Shown here piece by piece: positions 29,883 through 40,756 of a stretch of DNA of 64,000 bases. Each line of letters opens with the position of its first letter. Position 1 is the stretch's first letter. Under the pieces are notes generated by a model that saw nothing but the letters and a program-made list of their open reading frames with translations, was not told the DNA's origin and searched no databases. This DNA is from Gemmatimonadota bacterium (lineage in GTDB: Bacteria; Gemmatimonadota; Gemmatimonadetes; Palauibacterales; Palauibacteraceae): assembly GCA_039585235.1 (NCBI GenBank), contig JBDGWG010000003.1, positions 20,461 to 84,460 on the forward strand, read 5' to 3'. Position numbers and translations under genes: made by a program.

Positions 29883-31460
29883 ATGAGCGACGTAGCGAAG
29901 AACATCACACTGACCATCGACGGCGTTGACGTCTCGGTCCAGAGAGGCGCCACGGTTCTGCAAGCCGCGGAGCGCGCGGGCATCGTGGTGCCTCACTATT
30001 GCTACCACCCTGGAATTCCGAGCCGTCCGGCCCAGTGCCGCATGTGCCTGGTGGAGATCGAGGGTCAGCCGAAGCTCCAGCCATCCTGCGTGTTCCCGGC
30101 CGGGGATGGGATGATCGTGCACACGACGAGCGAGTCGGCGGAGACGGCGCGCAAGTCGGTGATCGAGTTCCTGCTGTTGAATCATCCTCTGGATTGCCCG
30201 ATCTGCGATGCGGCCGGGCAGTGCATGCTCCAGGACTATGCGTTCGAGACGGGTCAGCTTCGGAGCCGGTATGCCGAGGCCAAGCTCGTGCTCGGGCGGG
30301 ACCGCGTTGCCGACGACATCCTGTACTTCGGCGACCGCTGCATTGTGTGCACCCGGTGCGTGCGGTTCATGGAGGACATCGCGGGGGACAATGCCCTGGT
30401 AGTGGCCCAGCGCGGTCACAAGGCGTACATCGACACGTTCCCCGGCAAGGACCTCGACAGTGCTTTCCGGGGCAATATCGTGGACGTGTGTCCCGTCGGA
30501 GCCCTCGTGCACGAGGACTTCGTCTTCAAGGCCAGGGCGTGGGATCTGGACACTGCGCCCGGCATCTGCCCCGGCTGCTCGACAGGCTGCAACATCGATA
30601 TCAACGTCAAGGAAAACCAGGTCGTGCGGACTAAGCCCCGATTGAATCCGGAGGTGAATTCGTACTGGATGTGTGATCACGGCCGGCGCTGCCTGGTGAT
30701 GGCGAATCGAGGTGTGCGAGCCGAGGCCCCCATGATACGTGCGCAGGGCGAGCTCGAGCCGGCCGGCTGGCTTGCGGCCCTGACCTGGGTGGCGGAGCAA
30801 CTGGGTGATGGAGACGGAGTTGCAGTGGTGTCGGCGGGCGCCGCGAATGAGAGCCTGTTCTATGTTCGAGCCCTGCTGGATCGACTCGGAATTCAGGGCG
30901 GCACGTTCACGGTGGAGCAGGGAGAGGAGGCCGCACTGACCGGCTTCCCGAAGCTCCGGCTGCGCGCCGAGCGGGCGCCCAACGCCGACGGGGCCGAGCT
31001 GCAAGGATTCAGACGGTCCGACGGGCTTCCGACGGTCGAAAACGGAGCGACCCTTGTGGTTCTCGGTGACGCGCTGGCCGATGCTTCCGCGGAGTATGGC
31101 GCGAACGCAGGGTTCTTCCTTTACATAGGTTCACACCTGTACCCCGCTGCTCGGAATGCGACGGCGATCCTGCCTGCGGCAACCGTCCCGGAGATGGAAG
31201 GCACGTTCGTCAACTACGAGGGTCGTGTGCAGCGCTTCCACCGGGCGCTCAGGTCGCCGGGGGTGGCGCGCCCGGCCTGGCTGTCGCTCAGTCGTCTGCT
31301 AGAGCATCTCGGCGCCGCAGACGGCGTTCTCGAGGTCGGGGATGCCTTCGCTGCCATGGCGGCGGACACGGTCGGGATGGAAGGTCTGAACTGGGGCGCT
31401 CTCGGCCTCAGAGGTGAACTTCTCAGCGAGGCCGGGCAGCCGGCCGTCGCCGCGGAATAG
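29883..31460 (+). CDS. nuoG: NADH-quinone oxidoreductase subunit G, short (525 aa) form
   Basis: N-terminal 2Fe-2S motifs CYHPGIPSRPAQCRMCLVE and HPLDCPICDAAGQC. 4Fe-4S motif CIVCTRCVRF. The C-terminal molybdopterin-like domain is truncated. Confidence 0.88.
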   Translation: MSDVAKNITLTIDGVDVSVQRGATVLQAAERAGIVVPHYCYHPGIPSRPAQCRMCLVEIEGQPKLQPSCVFPAGDGMIVHTTSESAETARKSVIEFLLLNHPLDCPICDAAGQCMLQDYAFETGQLRSRYAEAKLVLGRDRVADDILYFGDRCIVCTRCVRFMEDIAGDNALVVAQRGHKAYIDTFPGKDLDSAFRGNIVDVCPVGALVHEDFVFKARAWDLDTAPGICPGCSTGCNIDINVKENQVVRTKPRLNPEVNSYWMCDHGRRCLVMANRGVRAEAPMIRAQGELEPAGWLAALTWVAEQLGDGDGVAVVSAGAANESLFYVRALLDRLGIQGGTFTVEQGEEAALTGFPKLRLRAERAPNADGAELQGFRRSDGLPTVENGATLVVLGDALADASAEYGANAGFFLYIGSHLYPAARNATAILPAATVPEMEGTFVNYEGRVQRFHRALRSPGVARPAWLSLSRLLEHLGAADGVLEVGDAFAAMAADTVGMEGLNWGALGLRGELLSEAGQPAVAAE

Positions 31461-31468
31461 GGGGCAGA

Positions 31469-32746
31469 ATGGAGGCGGTTACCGGCACGGCCTTCGTTGT
31501 TGCCACGATCCTGAAGACCATTGTCTTCTTCATCATCCTTCTGCTCGGCGTCGCGCTGTCGACCTACATGGAGCGCAAGGTCGCCGGCTTCATGCAGGAC
31601 AGAAGTGGCCCCAACCGCGTCGGTCCGCTGGGCCTCCTCCAGGTCATGGCCGACGGCCTCAAGTTCATCCTCAAGGAAGAAGTCACGCCGGCCGCTGCGC
31701 ACAAGAAATTCTTTCTTCTTGCGCCTGTCCTGGCCCTGTTCCCGGCGACGGTGCTGTTCGGAGTCATCCCGCTCGGATCTCCGCTGCCCACGCCCTGGGG
31801 CCGGGTGGACATGATCGTAGCCGACGTGCCGATCGGCTTCCTTTACGTATTGGCCGTCGCTTCGCTGGCCGTGTACGGGCTGGTGATGGCCGGCTGGTCG
31901 TCCAACAGCAAGTACTCGTTCCTGGGAGGCCTGCGCGGCTCGGCTCAGATGATCAGCTACGAGATCGGACTGGCCATGAGTCTGGTTCCGGTCCTGATGC
32001 TCGCGGGCAACGTTGAGATGCCCGTGCTCGTCTCCATGCAGCAGTCCTTTGCCGAGGGACCGGCGACGTACGGAATGTGGTTCGCTCTGCCGCTGATGCT
32101 TTCCGGTTTCTTCCTCCTGGTGTCGGGTCTCGCGGAAACGAACCGGGTTCCGTTCGATCTGCCGGAGGCCGAAGCCGAGATCGTGGGTGGCTACCACACG
32201 GAATACTCGTCCATGAAATTCGGCATGTTCTTTCTTGGCGAGTATTTCCACCTGATTACCACCGGGGCTTTGATCTCGGTGTTCTTTCTCGGAGGCTGGG
32301 ACATCCCGTTCTGGCAGGGAGACAATATCCGCGTGCTGGCCGATGGCACGGTGGTCGGCGATCCCACGTGGTGGAAGACACTGCTGACGTTAGTGGCGTT
32401 TACCCTGAAGACCACGGTGTTCGTCGTGTTCTTCATGTTTATCCGGTGGACGATTCCGCGGTTCCGGTATGACCAGCTGATGGACCTGGGCTGGAAGGTC
32501 TTCATTCCGGCTCTCATGGTATACATCATGCTTATGGCGGCCGCGATCCTGGCTCTGGACTCGGCCGGCATAGCCGTGGGTCGTTCGTTCGCTGCGGCTC
32601 TGTTCGGTATCAACCTCGTGCTCATGCTGATCTTCCTGTACGGGCTGGACCGTGGTCGCCTAGTCCGCGGGGCGACGGCGAGCACCAGAAGAACGGCAGA
32701 GACGAGAGCGGCCACCGTCGTGCTGCGTGGAAGCGAGGGAGACTGA
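31469..32746 (+). CDS. nuoH: NADH-quinone oxidoreductase subunit H
   Basis: Multi-TM protein with motifs MERKVAGFMQDRSGPNRVGPLGLLQ and EAEAEIVGGYHTEYS. Confidence 0.9.
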   Translation: MEAVTGTAFVVATILKTIVFFIILLLGVALSTYMERKVAGFMQDRSGPNRVGPLGLLQVMADGLKFILKEEVTPAAAHKKFFLLAPVLALFPATVLFGVIPLGSPLPTPWGRVDMIVADVPIGFLYVLAVASLAVYGLVMAGWSSNSKYSFLGGLRGSAQMISYEIGLAMSLVPVLMLAGNVEMPVLVSMQQSFAEGPATYGMWFALPLMLSGFFLLVSGLAETNRVPFDLPEAEAEIVGGYHTEYSSMKFGMFFLGEYFHLITTGALISVFFLGGWDIPFWQGDNIRVLADGTVVGDPTWWKTLLTLVAFTLKTTVFVVFFMFIRWTIPRFRYDQLMDLGWKVFIPALMVYIMLMAAAILALDSAGIAVGRSFAAALFGINLVLMLIFLYGLDRGRLVRGATASTRRTAETRAATVVLRGSEGD

Positions 32747-33244
32747 ATGCCCGGTGAGGTGAGGATCGTCGAGAGGCCGGAGCGCGAGAGCTCGTACGTG
32801 CGGGCCATCAGCAAGGGCCTCGGAGTCACCTTCGGGCACTTCATGCGTCCGGACAAGCCGACGCAGCAGTATCCTGACGAGAAATGGGAGTTGGGCCCCC
32901 GGTGGCGAGGCACGCACCGAATGGCCGTGCACGAAGACGGTCGAGCGAAGTGCGTGGGCTGCGGCCTGTGCCCGACGGTGTGTCCGGTCAACTGTATCAA
33001 ACTGATTCCCGCGGAGGACGAGAACGGGGAGCGGTACGCGGCGGTCTACGAGATCGACGAGTTCCGCTGCATCTTCTGTGGTTTCTGCCAGGAGGTGTGT
33101 CCCGTCGAGGCGATTCACTTAGGGGTTCACTACGAAAACGCCGAGTACAGCCGCGAACGCTGGGTGTACGACCTGGCACGGCTGTGCGAGAATGACCATC
33201 CGGTCACGGCGCTGTGGGATCCCGCTGACCCATCGTCCGAATGA
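32747..33244 (+). CDS. nuoI: NADH-quinone oxidoreductase subunit I
   Basis: Two 4Fe-4S ferredoxin motifs: CVGCGLCPTVCP and CIFCGFCQEVCP. Confidence 0.9.
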   Translation: MPGEVRIVERPERESSYVRAISKGLGVTFGHFMRPDKPTQQYPDEKWELGPRWRGTHRMAVHEDGRAKCVGCGLCPTVCPVNCIKLIPAEDENGERYAAVYEIDEFRCIFCGFCQEVCPVEAIHLGVHYENAEYSRERWVYDLARLCENDHPVTALWDPADPSSE

Positions 33245-33768
33245 TCGTAGACTTCTTCTTCGTATTGTTCGCCGTCATGGCGATCGGCGGGGCCGCCGCC
33301 ATGGTGCTGGCGCGTAATCCGGTGGCGAGCCTGCTGTATCTGGTCATGGCCTTCTTCGCGATGTCGGGGATCTTCGTCCTGCTGGACGCGCACTTCATCG
33401 CCGCCGTGAACCTGATCGTGTACGCCGGGGCCATTCTGGTCCTGTTCCTTTTCGTCATCATGCTCCTGAATCTGGGCCGCACAGACAAGACGGACCTGCG
33501 TGGCGCGGTGTACAGCATTCTCGGCATCGTCGTCGCGGGCGCCGTATTCGGGCTGCTGCTCGTTACGCTGAAGGGCGGCCACACAACGTCGATGGCGGGG
33601 GGCATGGGTCAGGCGACCATGGACGCCATGCTCCGATCGCGCGGCGCGGTCGGCGTGGTGGCCGATCCGATGTTCCGGAGCTACCTGGTTCCGTTCGAGA
33701 TCACTTCGCTGCTCCTGCTCGTGGCCATCGTGGGCGCCATCGTGCTGGCGCGCCGAAGGGCACCGTGA
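33241..33768 (+). CDS. nuoJ: NADH-quinone oxidoreductase subunit J
   Basis: Hydrophobic 175-aa protein with NuoJ-like TM topology at the operon position between nuoI and nuoK. Confidence 0.82.
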   Translation: MIVDFFFVLFAVMAIGGAAAMVLARNPVASLLYLVMAFFAMSGIFVLLDAHFIAAVNLIVYAGAILVLFLFVIMLLNLGRTDKTDLRGAVYSILGIVVAGAVFGLLLVTLKGGHTTSMAGGMGQATMDAMLRSRGAVGVVADPMFRSYLVPFEITSLLLLVAIVGAIVLARRRAP

Positions 33769-33775
33769 GTCCGGA

Positions 33776-34075
33776 ATGGATATCGAGACCTATACACTGA
33801 TACTCGGAGCGCTTCTGTTCGCGATCGGGACGGCCGGCGTCATGCTCCGGCGGAACGCGATCATCATGTTCCTGTGCATCGAGCTGATGCTCAACTCGGT
33901 GAACCTGACGCTCGTCGTGTTCTCGCGATCGCTCGGCATCGAGGCGCAGGTGTTCGTGTTCTTCGTCATGGCCGTTGCGGCCGCGGAAGCCGCGGTCGGC
34001 CTGGCCATCATCATCGCCATCTTTCGGCACTACGAGCTCGTGGATGTCGATCGCTTTAATCTGCTGAAATGGTGA
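33776..34075 (+). CDS. nuoK: NADH-quinone oxidoreductase subunit K
   Basis: 99 aa with three TM helices. Motifs LSAMLF-like and [11 protein letters not shown]. Confidence 0.88.
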   Translation: MDIETYTLILGALLFAIGTAGVMLRRNAIIMFLCIELMLNSVNLTLVVFSRSLGIEAQVFVFFVMAVAAAEAAVGLAIIIAIFRHYELVDVDRFNLLKW

Positions 34076-36102
34076 ACTTCCTCGAGTCGGTCCTTCGGGT
34101 CGCCCAGCACGCCGAGGCCGGGTTTCAACCGGTCCTTCCGGGGCTCATTCTTCTGCTCCCCCTGGTGGGGTTCTTGATCAACGGTCTCGGGGCGTTCATG
34201 TGGCGCGACAACAAGCGCGTGCCGAGCATCGTGGGACCGCTGGCCATCATCGGAGCCTTCGCGGTCGTCGTGGCCAATTTCCTGGCGATGCGTGGCGCAA
34301 TGCCGCACGATCCAGCCGTCGTATCGCTGTGGACCTGGATGGCGGTCGGCGACCTGTCCATCGGTGTGGATCTGCAATTCGACCAGCTCTCGATTCTCAT
34401 GATGCTTGTGGTCACCGGAGTATCTTCGGTCATCCACGTGTACAGCATCGGCTACATGCGGGAAGATCCGGGGTACTCCCGATACTTTTCGTACCTGAAC
34501 CTGTTCGTGTTCTTCATGCTGATCCTCGTGATGGGCGCGAATTTCCCGATCATGTTCGTCGGTTGGGAGGGCGTCGGATTGTGCTCTTACCTGCTGATCG
34601 GATTCTGGTACGAGAATCGGGAGTTCGCCTCGGCAGGGAAGAAGGCGTTCATCGTGAATCGGATCGGGGACTTCGGATTCCTGGTCGCGATGTTCATGAT
34701 CTTCACCCACTTCGGGACGTTGAACTTCGTCCAGGTGTTCGCCGCAGCCCCGGAGACGCTCGTCTTCTCGGGCGGAGTCGCAACATTGATCACCCTGCTT
34801 CTGTTTCTCGGCGCCACGGGTAAGTCGGCCCAGATACCGCTGCACGTGTGGCTTCCTGATGCCATGGCAGGCCCGACGCCGGTTTCCGCGCTGATTCACG
34901 CCGCGACGATGGTGACCGCCGGAGTCTACCTCGTGGCCCGCGCGGGCGTTCTCTTCGCGATGGCGCCGGTGTCGCAGGCCGTCGTGGCGTCCGTCGGCGC
35001 CGGTACGGCGCTGTTCGCGGCGACGATTGCCACGCAGCAATTCGACATCAAGAAGGTGCTGGCTTACAGCACGGTATCGCAGCTCGGGTACATGTTCCTC
35101 GCCGTCGGCGTTGGCGCGTTCACGGCGGGCGTCTTCCACCTCATGACGCATGCCTTCTTCAAAGCCCTCTTGTTCCTGGGGTCGGGAGCGGTGATTCACG
35201 CCATGCACGGCGCGCTTCACAAGGTGCACCGGCACGACGACCCGAACGACATGCGGAACTACGGCGGCTTGAAGAACGTGATGCCGATCACGTGGGCCAC
35301 GATGTGGGTCGGAACCGTGGCGATCGCCGGGATCTTCCCGTTCGCCGGCTTCTTCTCCAAGGATGAGATCATCTGGAGCGCAGGCTCGTACGGCTACGCG
35401 GTGCTCTGGGTCGTGTCGATCCTGGCGGCGGTGCTCACGGCGGCCTACATGACGCGCCTGATGGTTCTTACGTTCCACGGCGAGAACCGCACTGGGGGGG
35501 ATGCGAGGCCGCACCTGCGAGAGGTGCCGGCCGTAATGTGGGTGCCATTGGCGATCCTCGCGGTTCTCTCGGTGGTCGGCGGGTGGCTGCAGATCCCGGC
35601 CGCCCTTCCGTTGTTGCCGGCGGTGGACTCGCTCCACCACTGGCTGGAGCCGGTGATGGAACCGGCCCGGCGTGTCATGATGGAGCACGGATTCCACCAG
35701 GCGCATGCATCACCGCTCGGCGGAGGCGAGGCCGTGTGGGCGATCAGCTCGACGGTCATGGCGCTCATCGTCGTGCTCCTGACGTTCCGGGCGCTCGTGC
35801 GCCGCCGGTACCGGCCTGCCGCGGAGTCGGAGGCTCCGACGGGGTTCGCCGGCATCCTGTACAACAAGTGGTACGTCGACGAGCTGTACGATCGTCTGAT
35901 CATCCGGCCGCTTCTTGCGCTGTGGAGAGGCTGCTGGCGGATCGTGGATGCTGGCCTGATCGACGGCACGTTGAACACGATGGCCTCTGGAACCCGAATG
36001 GTCGGATGGATGGGAAGCCTGTTCCAGACGGGTCGGGTGGCCGGCTACATGTTCTGGTTCGTCACGGGCGTAGTGCTGATTCTAGCCCTGCTCCTTCTGT
36101 GA
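34069..36102 (+). CDS. nuoL: NADH-quinone oxidoreductase subunit L
   Basis: 677-aa Mrp-antiporter-like subunit with motif [28 protein letters not shown]. Confidence 0.9.
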   Translation: MVNFLESVLRVAQHAEAGFQPVLPGLILLLPLVGFLINGLGAFMWRDNKRVPSIVGPLAIIGAFAVVVANFLAMRGAMPHDPAVVSLWTWMAVGDLSIGVDLQFDQLSILMMLVVTGVSSVIHVYSIGYMREDPGYSRYFSYLNLFVFFMLILVMGANFPIMFVGWEGVGLCSYLLIGFWYENREFASAGKKAFIVNRIGDFGFLVAMFMIFTHFGTLNFVQVFAAAPETLVFSGGVATLITLLLFLGATGKSAQIPLHVWLPDAMAGPTPVSALIHAATMVTAGVYLVARAGVLFAMAPVSQAVVASVGAGTALFAATIATQQFDIKKVLAYSTVSQLGYMFLAVGVGAFTAGVFHLMTHAFFKALLFLGSGAVIHAMHGALHKVHRHDDPNDMRNYGGLKNVMPITWATMWVGTVAIAGIFPFAGFFSKDEIIWSAGSYGYAVLWVVSILAAVLTAAYMTRLMVLTFHGENRTGGDARPHLREVPAVMWVPLAILAVLSVVGGWLQIPAALPLLPAVDSLHHWLEPVMEPARRVMMEHGFHQAHASPLGGGEAVWAISSTVMALIVVLLTFRALVRRRYRPAAESEAPTGFAGILYNKWYVDELYDRLIIRPLLALWRGCWRIVDAGLIDGTLNTMASGTRMVGWMGSLFQTGRVAGYMFWFVTGVVLILALLLL

Positions 36103-36126
36103 CGAACCCAGCAAGCGAATAGAGCG

Positions 36127-37719
36127 TTGAGCAATTTCTTCGAGAGCCATTGGGTCCTGACCCTGCTGCTGATCCTGCCGATGGCAGGGGCCGCCACGTG
36201 CTTCATGGTGCGGGAGCAGCAGGCCCGCCATGTGGCCCTGTTTACGAGTGTGGTCGCGTTCGCGATCTCACTCCCGCTGTTCTGGACGTTCCGTTCCGGG
36301 TCCGCTGCCTTGCAGAATTACGTCTCGGTTCCGTGGATCGAGGCCTGGGGAATCGGATATACCATCGGGATCGACGGCATCTCCATCCTGATGGTGCTTC
36401 TGACGACGTTCGTGACGCCTCTCGCCGTGCTAGGCTCCTTCTCGTACATCCAGCGAAACCAGAGGGCGTTCTACGCCATGCTGCTTCTTCTGCTGGCCGC
36501 GATGATAGGCGTCTTCGTGGCCCTGGATCTGTTCCTGTTCTTCCTGTTCTGGGAGATCATGCTCATTCCGATGTACTTCATCATCGGAGTATGGGGCGGA
36601 AAGCGCCGCATCTACGCTGCCGTGAAGTTCTTCCTGTTCACAGCGATCGGTTCCCTGCTGATGCTGGTCGCGATCGTGGTGATCGTATACCTGTACTACA
36701 GGCAGTACGGGGTGCTCACGTTTGCGTACAACGACCTGGTGGAGCTTCCGATTGCCCGGGACCTGCAGTTCGTCCTGTTCTCGGCCTTTGCGCTTGCTTT
36801 TGCGATCAAGGTGCCGCTGTTCCCCGTGCACACCTGGCTGCCGGACGCGCACGTTGAGGCACCGACCGCCGGTTCCGTGATTCTGGCAGGAGTGCTCCTC
36901 AAGATGGGCACTTACGGATTCCTCCGGTTCGCGCTCCCATTCTTCTCTCATGCGGCAACGAGCCCCGTCGTGATCGGGACCATCATGGTTCTGAGCCTGA
37001 TCGGTATCATCTACGGGGCTTGGGTAGCCGCCGTGCAGCCGGATGCCAAGAAGCTGGTGGCGTACACGTCGATCGCTCACCTCGGCTTCGTGATGATGGG
37101 CCTGTTCTCGCTGACGATCCTGGGAATTCAGGGCGGCATCCTGCAGATGGTGAACCACGGGATATCCACGGGAGCCCTGTTCCTCCTCGTCGGGATGGTT
37201 TACGAGAGACGGCACACGCGAATGATCGAGGACTTCGGCGGGATCGCGAAAGTGATGCCCGTGTTCGCGGCTTCGTTCCTTCTCGTCGCGCTGAGCTCGA
37301 TCGGTCTTCCGGGGACGAACGGCTTCATAGGGGAATTCTTGATTCTCATCGGGACGTTCGAGCGCTATCCGGTGGTCGCGTTCATCGCCGCAACCGGCGT
37401 GATCTTCGCGGCCGCGTACATGCTGCCCATGGTGCAGCGGATGCTCTACGGAGAGCTCGACAGGGAGGAGAACCGGGCCCTGAGCGATATCGGAGTTCGT
37501 GAACGCCTGGTCCTGGCGCCGGCACTCGTGTTGATCGTGCTGATCGGAGTCTACCCCCAACCGTTCCTTTCGCGAACTTCTGCGTCGGTGGAGGCGCTGA
37601 TCGACCAGGTCGAACGTCGGGCCATCTCCGCACCGACCGTAATGGGTGCTTCCGACCTGCGCTTCGACCATATGCTGATCCTCGGATTTGATGAGCAGAG
37701 CGAGAGGATAGACAGGTGA
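36127..37719 (+). CDS. nuoM: NADH-quinone oxidoreductase subunit M
   Basis: 530-aa antiporter-like subunit with motif WLPDAHVEAPTAGSVILAGVLLK. Confidence 0.9.
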   Translation: MSNFFESHWVLTLLLILPMAGAATCFMVREQQARHVALFTSVVAFAISLPLFWTFRSGSAALQNYVSVPWIEAWGIGYTIGIDGISILMVLLTTFVTPLAVLGSFSYIQRNQRAFYAMLLLLLAAMIGVFVALDLFLFFLFWEIMLIPMYFIIGVWGGKRRIYAAVKFFLFTAIGSLLMLVAIVVIVYLYYRQYGVLTFAYNDLVELPIARDLQFVLFSAFALAFAIKVPLFPVHTWLPDAHVEAPTAGSVILAGVLLKMGTYGFLRFALPFFSHAATSPVVIGTIMVLSLIGIIYGAWVAAVQPDAKKLVAYTSIAHLGFVMMGLFSLTILGIQGGILQMVNHGISTGALFLLVGMVYERRHTRMIEDFGGIAKVMPVFAASFLLVALSSIGLPGTNGFIGEFLILIGTFERYPVVAFIAATGVIFAAAYMLPMVQRMLYGELDREENRALSDIGVRERLVLAPALVLIVLIGVYPQPFLSRTSASVEALIDQVERRAISAPTVMGASDLRFDHMLILGFDEQSERIDR

Positions 37720-39257
37720 TCCTGGACTTCAGCTCTCCGATCGACTACGTGTGGGCGCTCCTGCCTGAGGTCGTCCTCGCTGCCACGGGCCTTCTCGTGC
37801 TGCTCATCGACGTGTTTCAACGTGGGGACCGATCGGGGCCGAGCCGCGCGTGGGTCCGGTGGACGGCCGTCGCCGGTGTGCTGATCGCCCTCCTGGCCAA
37901 CGGGTATCTGCTGGAGTTCGAGGTGGCGGTGCGGACCGGCATGATCGCGTTGGACACGTTCCGGGTCGCCATGAATTTCGTGATTCTCGGAGCCACGGCC
38001 CTCGCCCTTCTGCTTGCGTTCGACTATCTGCGGCGCGAGGGGCTGGACATCGGGGAGTTCTACTTCCTCGTGCTGATGGCGGCCATCGGGATGATGCTGC
38101 TAGCCGGATCACGCGATCTGATAGTCGTGTTCGTGTCACTCGAGCTGATGTCACTGGCCGTATACGTCCTGACGGGATTCAACCGAAGGGACGCGAGGTC
38201 GGCCGAGGGAGCGCTCAAGTATTTCCTCATGGGCGCCTTCGCGAGCGGGTTCCTGCTCTACGGAATCGCTCTGCTGTTCGGGGCGACGGGGAGCACGAAC
38301 CTGGCGCTCGTCACATCCGAGGTGGCTCGCGGGGCCTCGGAGGGCAACTTCCTCCTTCACGCCGGAGTGGCGCTGGTCGTGATCGGCTTTGCGTTCAAGG
38401 TTTCTGCGGTTCCGTTCCACATGTGGACTCCCGATGCGTACGAGGGCGCTCCGACTCCCGTAACGGGATACATGGCGGCCGGTGTCAAGGCGGCGGGCTT
38501 CGCGGCCCTGCTGCGCATCGTCACCGTCGAACTCGCGCCGGCGGCGTCGGTTTGGGGGGTCATACTCTGGTGGCTCGCCGTCCTCACGATGATCGTGCCG
38601 AACTTCATCGCGCTCGCGCAGGACAACGTGAAACGCATGCTGGCGTACTCGTCCATCGCTCACGCGGGCTATCTGCTGGTGGGAGTGGTTGCGGGAAGCG
38701 CCGCGGGACGATCCGCCACACTTCTCTACTTGGCCGTCTATGCCGTCATGACGCTCGGCGCGTTCGCCGTCGTCGGAATAGTGGCAGGGGACGGTGACTC
38801 GCGAACGGGTCTGGCGGACTATCGGGGCCTCGGGTGGCGTCGTCCGCTGCTCGGCGCGTTACTCGTGGTCTTCCTACTGTCGCTTGCCGGGTTCCCGCCG
38901 ACCGGTGGATTCATCGGCAAGCTGTACCTTCTCATCGCCGCCGTGGACGCGGGTCACGTGTCGCTGGCCGTCATCCTCGTCCTCACGAGCTTCGTGTCCT
39001 ACTACTATTACCTCCGGGTCATCTGGAAGATGTACTTTGAAGAGGCTCTTGATGAGGCACCCCTTCCCGCTGTTCCGGGCGCCGCGTTCCGTCTTGCCGC
39101 CGTCGCCGCCGCGCTGGTGATCCTGGTCGCCGGCCTGATTCCGGGATGGGCGATTCAGACTGCGGAGCGCGTCGGCGAGGATCTGAGTCCCCGACAGGTC
39201 ACACCGCTCTCGCAGCCCATTGCCCCGGCAGGAGTGACCGAGACGAGCACGGACTGA
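37716..39257 (+). CDS. nuoN: NADH-quinone oxidoreductase subunit N
   Basis: 513-aa antiporter-like subunit with motif WTPDAYEGAPTPVTGYMAAGVK. Last gene of the operon. Confidence 0.88.
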   Translation: MILDFSSPIDYVWALLPEVVLAATGLLVLLIDVFQRGDRSGPSRAWVRWTAVAGVLIALLANGYLLEFEVAVRTGMIALDTFRVAMNFVILGATALALLLAFDYLRREGLDIGEFYFLVLMAAIGMMLLAGSRDLIVVFVSLELMSLAVYVLTGFNRRDARSAEGALKYFLMGAFASGFLLYGIALLFGATGSTNLALVTSEVARGASEGNFLLHAGVALVVIGFAFKVSAVPFHMWTPDAYEGAPTPVTGYMAAGVKAAGFAALLRIVTVELAPAASVWGVILWWLAVLTMIVPNFIALAQDNVKRMLAYSSIAHAGYLLVGVVAGSAAGRSATLLYLAVYAVMTLGAFAVVGIVAGDGDSRTGLADYRGLGWRRPLLGALLVVFLLSLAGFPPTGGFIGKLYLLIAAVDAGHVSLAVILVLTSFVSYYYYLRVIWKMYFEEALDEAPLPAVPGAAFRLAAVAAALVILVAGLIPGWAIQTAERVGEDLSPRQVTPLSQPIAPAGVTETSTD

Positions 39258-39327
39258 CGGCATCGGGCAGTAGCGTAGCAGGCGCCTGGACCACGCCCCG
39301 TCGTGTCCGTCCCGCCGGGCCGACAGG

Positions 39328-39355
39328 GCGTCCGCTGAAAGGACGCATTTCTCTC
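39328..39355 (+). terminator. Rho-independent terminator-like hairpin with a T-rich tail after nuoN
   Basis: gcgtcc-gctgaaa-ggacgc followed by aTTTcTcTc. Confidence 0.5.
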
Positions 39356-39369
39356 ACGCACGGGTTCCA

Positions 39370-40749
39370 ATGAACGTATCGAGCACCATATTCAGGGAAT
39401 ACGACATCCGGGGGATCGTAGGGGACGACCTGACGGTCGAAATCACGGAAGCAGTCGGCAGAGCCTACGCCACGCGGTTGAGGGGACAGGTGGACCGACC
39501 CACCGTAGTGGTAGGGCACGACAACAGGCCGAGCTCCCCCGGACTCGCCGAAGCTCTCGCGGCGGGCCTGAACGGCGCCGGAGCCAGCGTCGTTCTCGTC
39601 GGGACCGTGCCGACACCCGCGCTCTATTACGCGGCGCAGGAGCTCGAGACGGACGGCGGCATACAGATCACCGGGTCCCACAATCCGCCCGAGTACAACG
39701 GCATCAAGATGATCGTGGGGGACCGCCCCCTGTACGGTTCGGCCATCCAGGAGCTGAGAGAGCTCGTGCAAGCGGATCACTACGTCGAGGGTCCGGGCCG
39801 AACCGAGCGCCTCGAGATCCTGGATCGGTACGCCGATGAGATCGGCCGCAGGGCGAAGGTGGACGGACAGATTCGCATGGTCCTCGATTGTGGCAACGGC
39901 GCCGGCTCTGTGATTGCCCCGCGAGCGCTGGCGGCGGCCGGGATCGATGTGGACTGCCTGTACTGTGAGTCCGACGGCACGTTCCCCAACCATCACCCGG
40001 ATCCGACGGTGGACGAGAACGTGGTCGACCTCATCGCTCGGGTGAAGAGTACGGGTGCGGATCTAGGGGTGGCCCTGGACGGGGACGCCGATCGGATCGG
40101 GGCGGTGACGGAGTCGGGTGGAATCGTCCGTGGCGACCACCTGCTGCTTCTATACGCGCTGGACGCGCTGCCCCGGTATCCGGGAGCGGAAATCGTCTTC
40201 GACGTGAAATGCTCGAAGGCGGTTCCGGAACTGATCGCCGGAGCCGGGGGCATTCCCATCATGTGGAAGACGGGGCACTCACATATCAAGGAGCGAATGA
40301 AGGAATCCGCATCTCCGATAGCAGGTGAGATGAGCGGACATATGTGCTTTGCGGACAATTATTTCGGGTTTGACGATGCGATCTTTGCTGCCGCTCGGCT
40401 GGCCGGCCTCGTCCAGCGTAGCGGGAAGACGTTCTCTGAGTTGACGGCTGCCATCCCGGCCTACCCTTCCACGCCGGAGCTCCGCGTCGACTGCCCCGAG
40501 AACCTCAAGTTCGAGGTGGTCGCCCGGGCCGTAGAGCACTATCGGGCAACTCGTCCCGTGAACGACATCGACGGCGCGCGGATCGAGTTCGAGGACGGAT
40601 GGGCCTTGATCCGGGCGAGCAACACACAGCCCGTGATCGTCATTCGATTCGAGGCGAATTCAGTGGAAGGTCTGAAGGCGATTCGCGATGAGGTGGCCGG
40701 ATATCTCGGCGGAGAAGGGGTCGGCGTGCCCGAGATTGTCGGGAGCTGA
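39370..40749 (+). CDS. Phosphomannomutase/phosphoglucomutase (alpha-D-phosphohexomutase family)
   Basis: Active-site motif TGSHNPPEYNGIK. Metal-binding motif ALDGDADR. 459 aa. Confidence 0.85.
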   Translation: MNVSSTIFREYDIRGIVGDDLTVEITEAVGRAYATRLRGQVDRPTVVVGHDNRPSSPGLAEALAAGLNGAGASVVLVGTVPTPALYYAAQELETDGGIQITGSHNPPEYNGIKMIVGDRPLYGSAIQELRELVQADHYVEGPGRTERLEILDRYADEIGRRAKVDGQIRMVLDCGNGAGSVIAPRALAAAGIDVDCLYCESDGTFPNHHPDPTVDENVVDLIARVKSTGADLGVALDGDADRIGAVTESGGIVRGDHLLLLYALDALPRYPGAEIVFDVKCSKAVPELIAGAGGIPIMWKTGHSHIKERMKESASPIAGEMSGHMCFADNYFGFDDAIFAAARLAGLVQRSGKTFSELTAAIPAYPSTPELRVDCPENLKFEVVARAVEHYRATRPVNDIDGARIEFEDGWALIRASNTQPVIVIRFEANSVEGLKAIRDEVAGYLGGEGVGVPEIVGS

Positions 40750-40756
40750 TGGTAGC

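Noticed and set aside
34030-35706. 558-aa minus-strand ORF inside nuoL
   Set aside because: Antisense to a well-supported nuoL; low-complexity His/Arg/Asp-rich translation.
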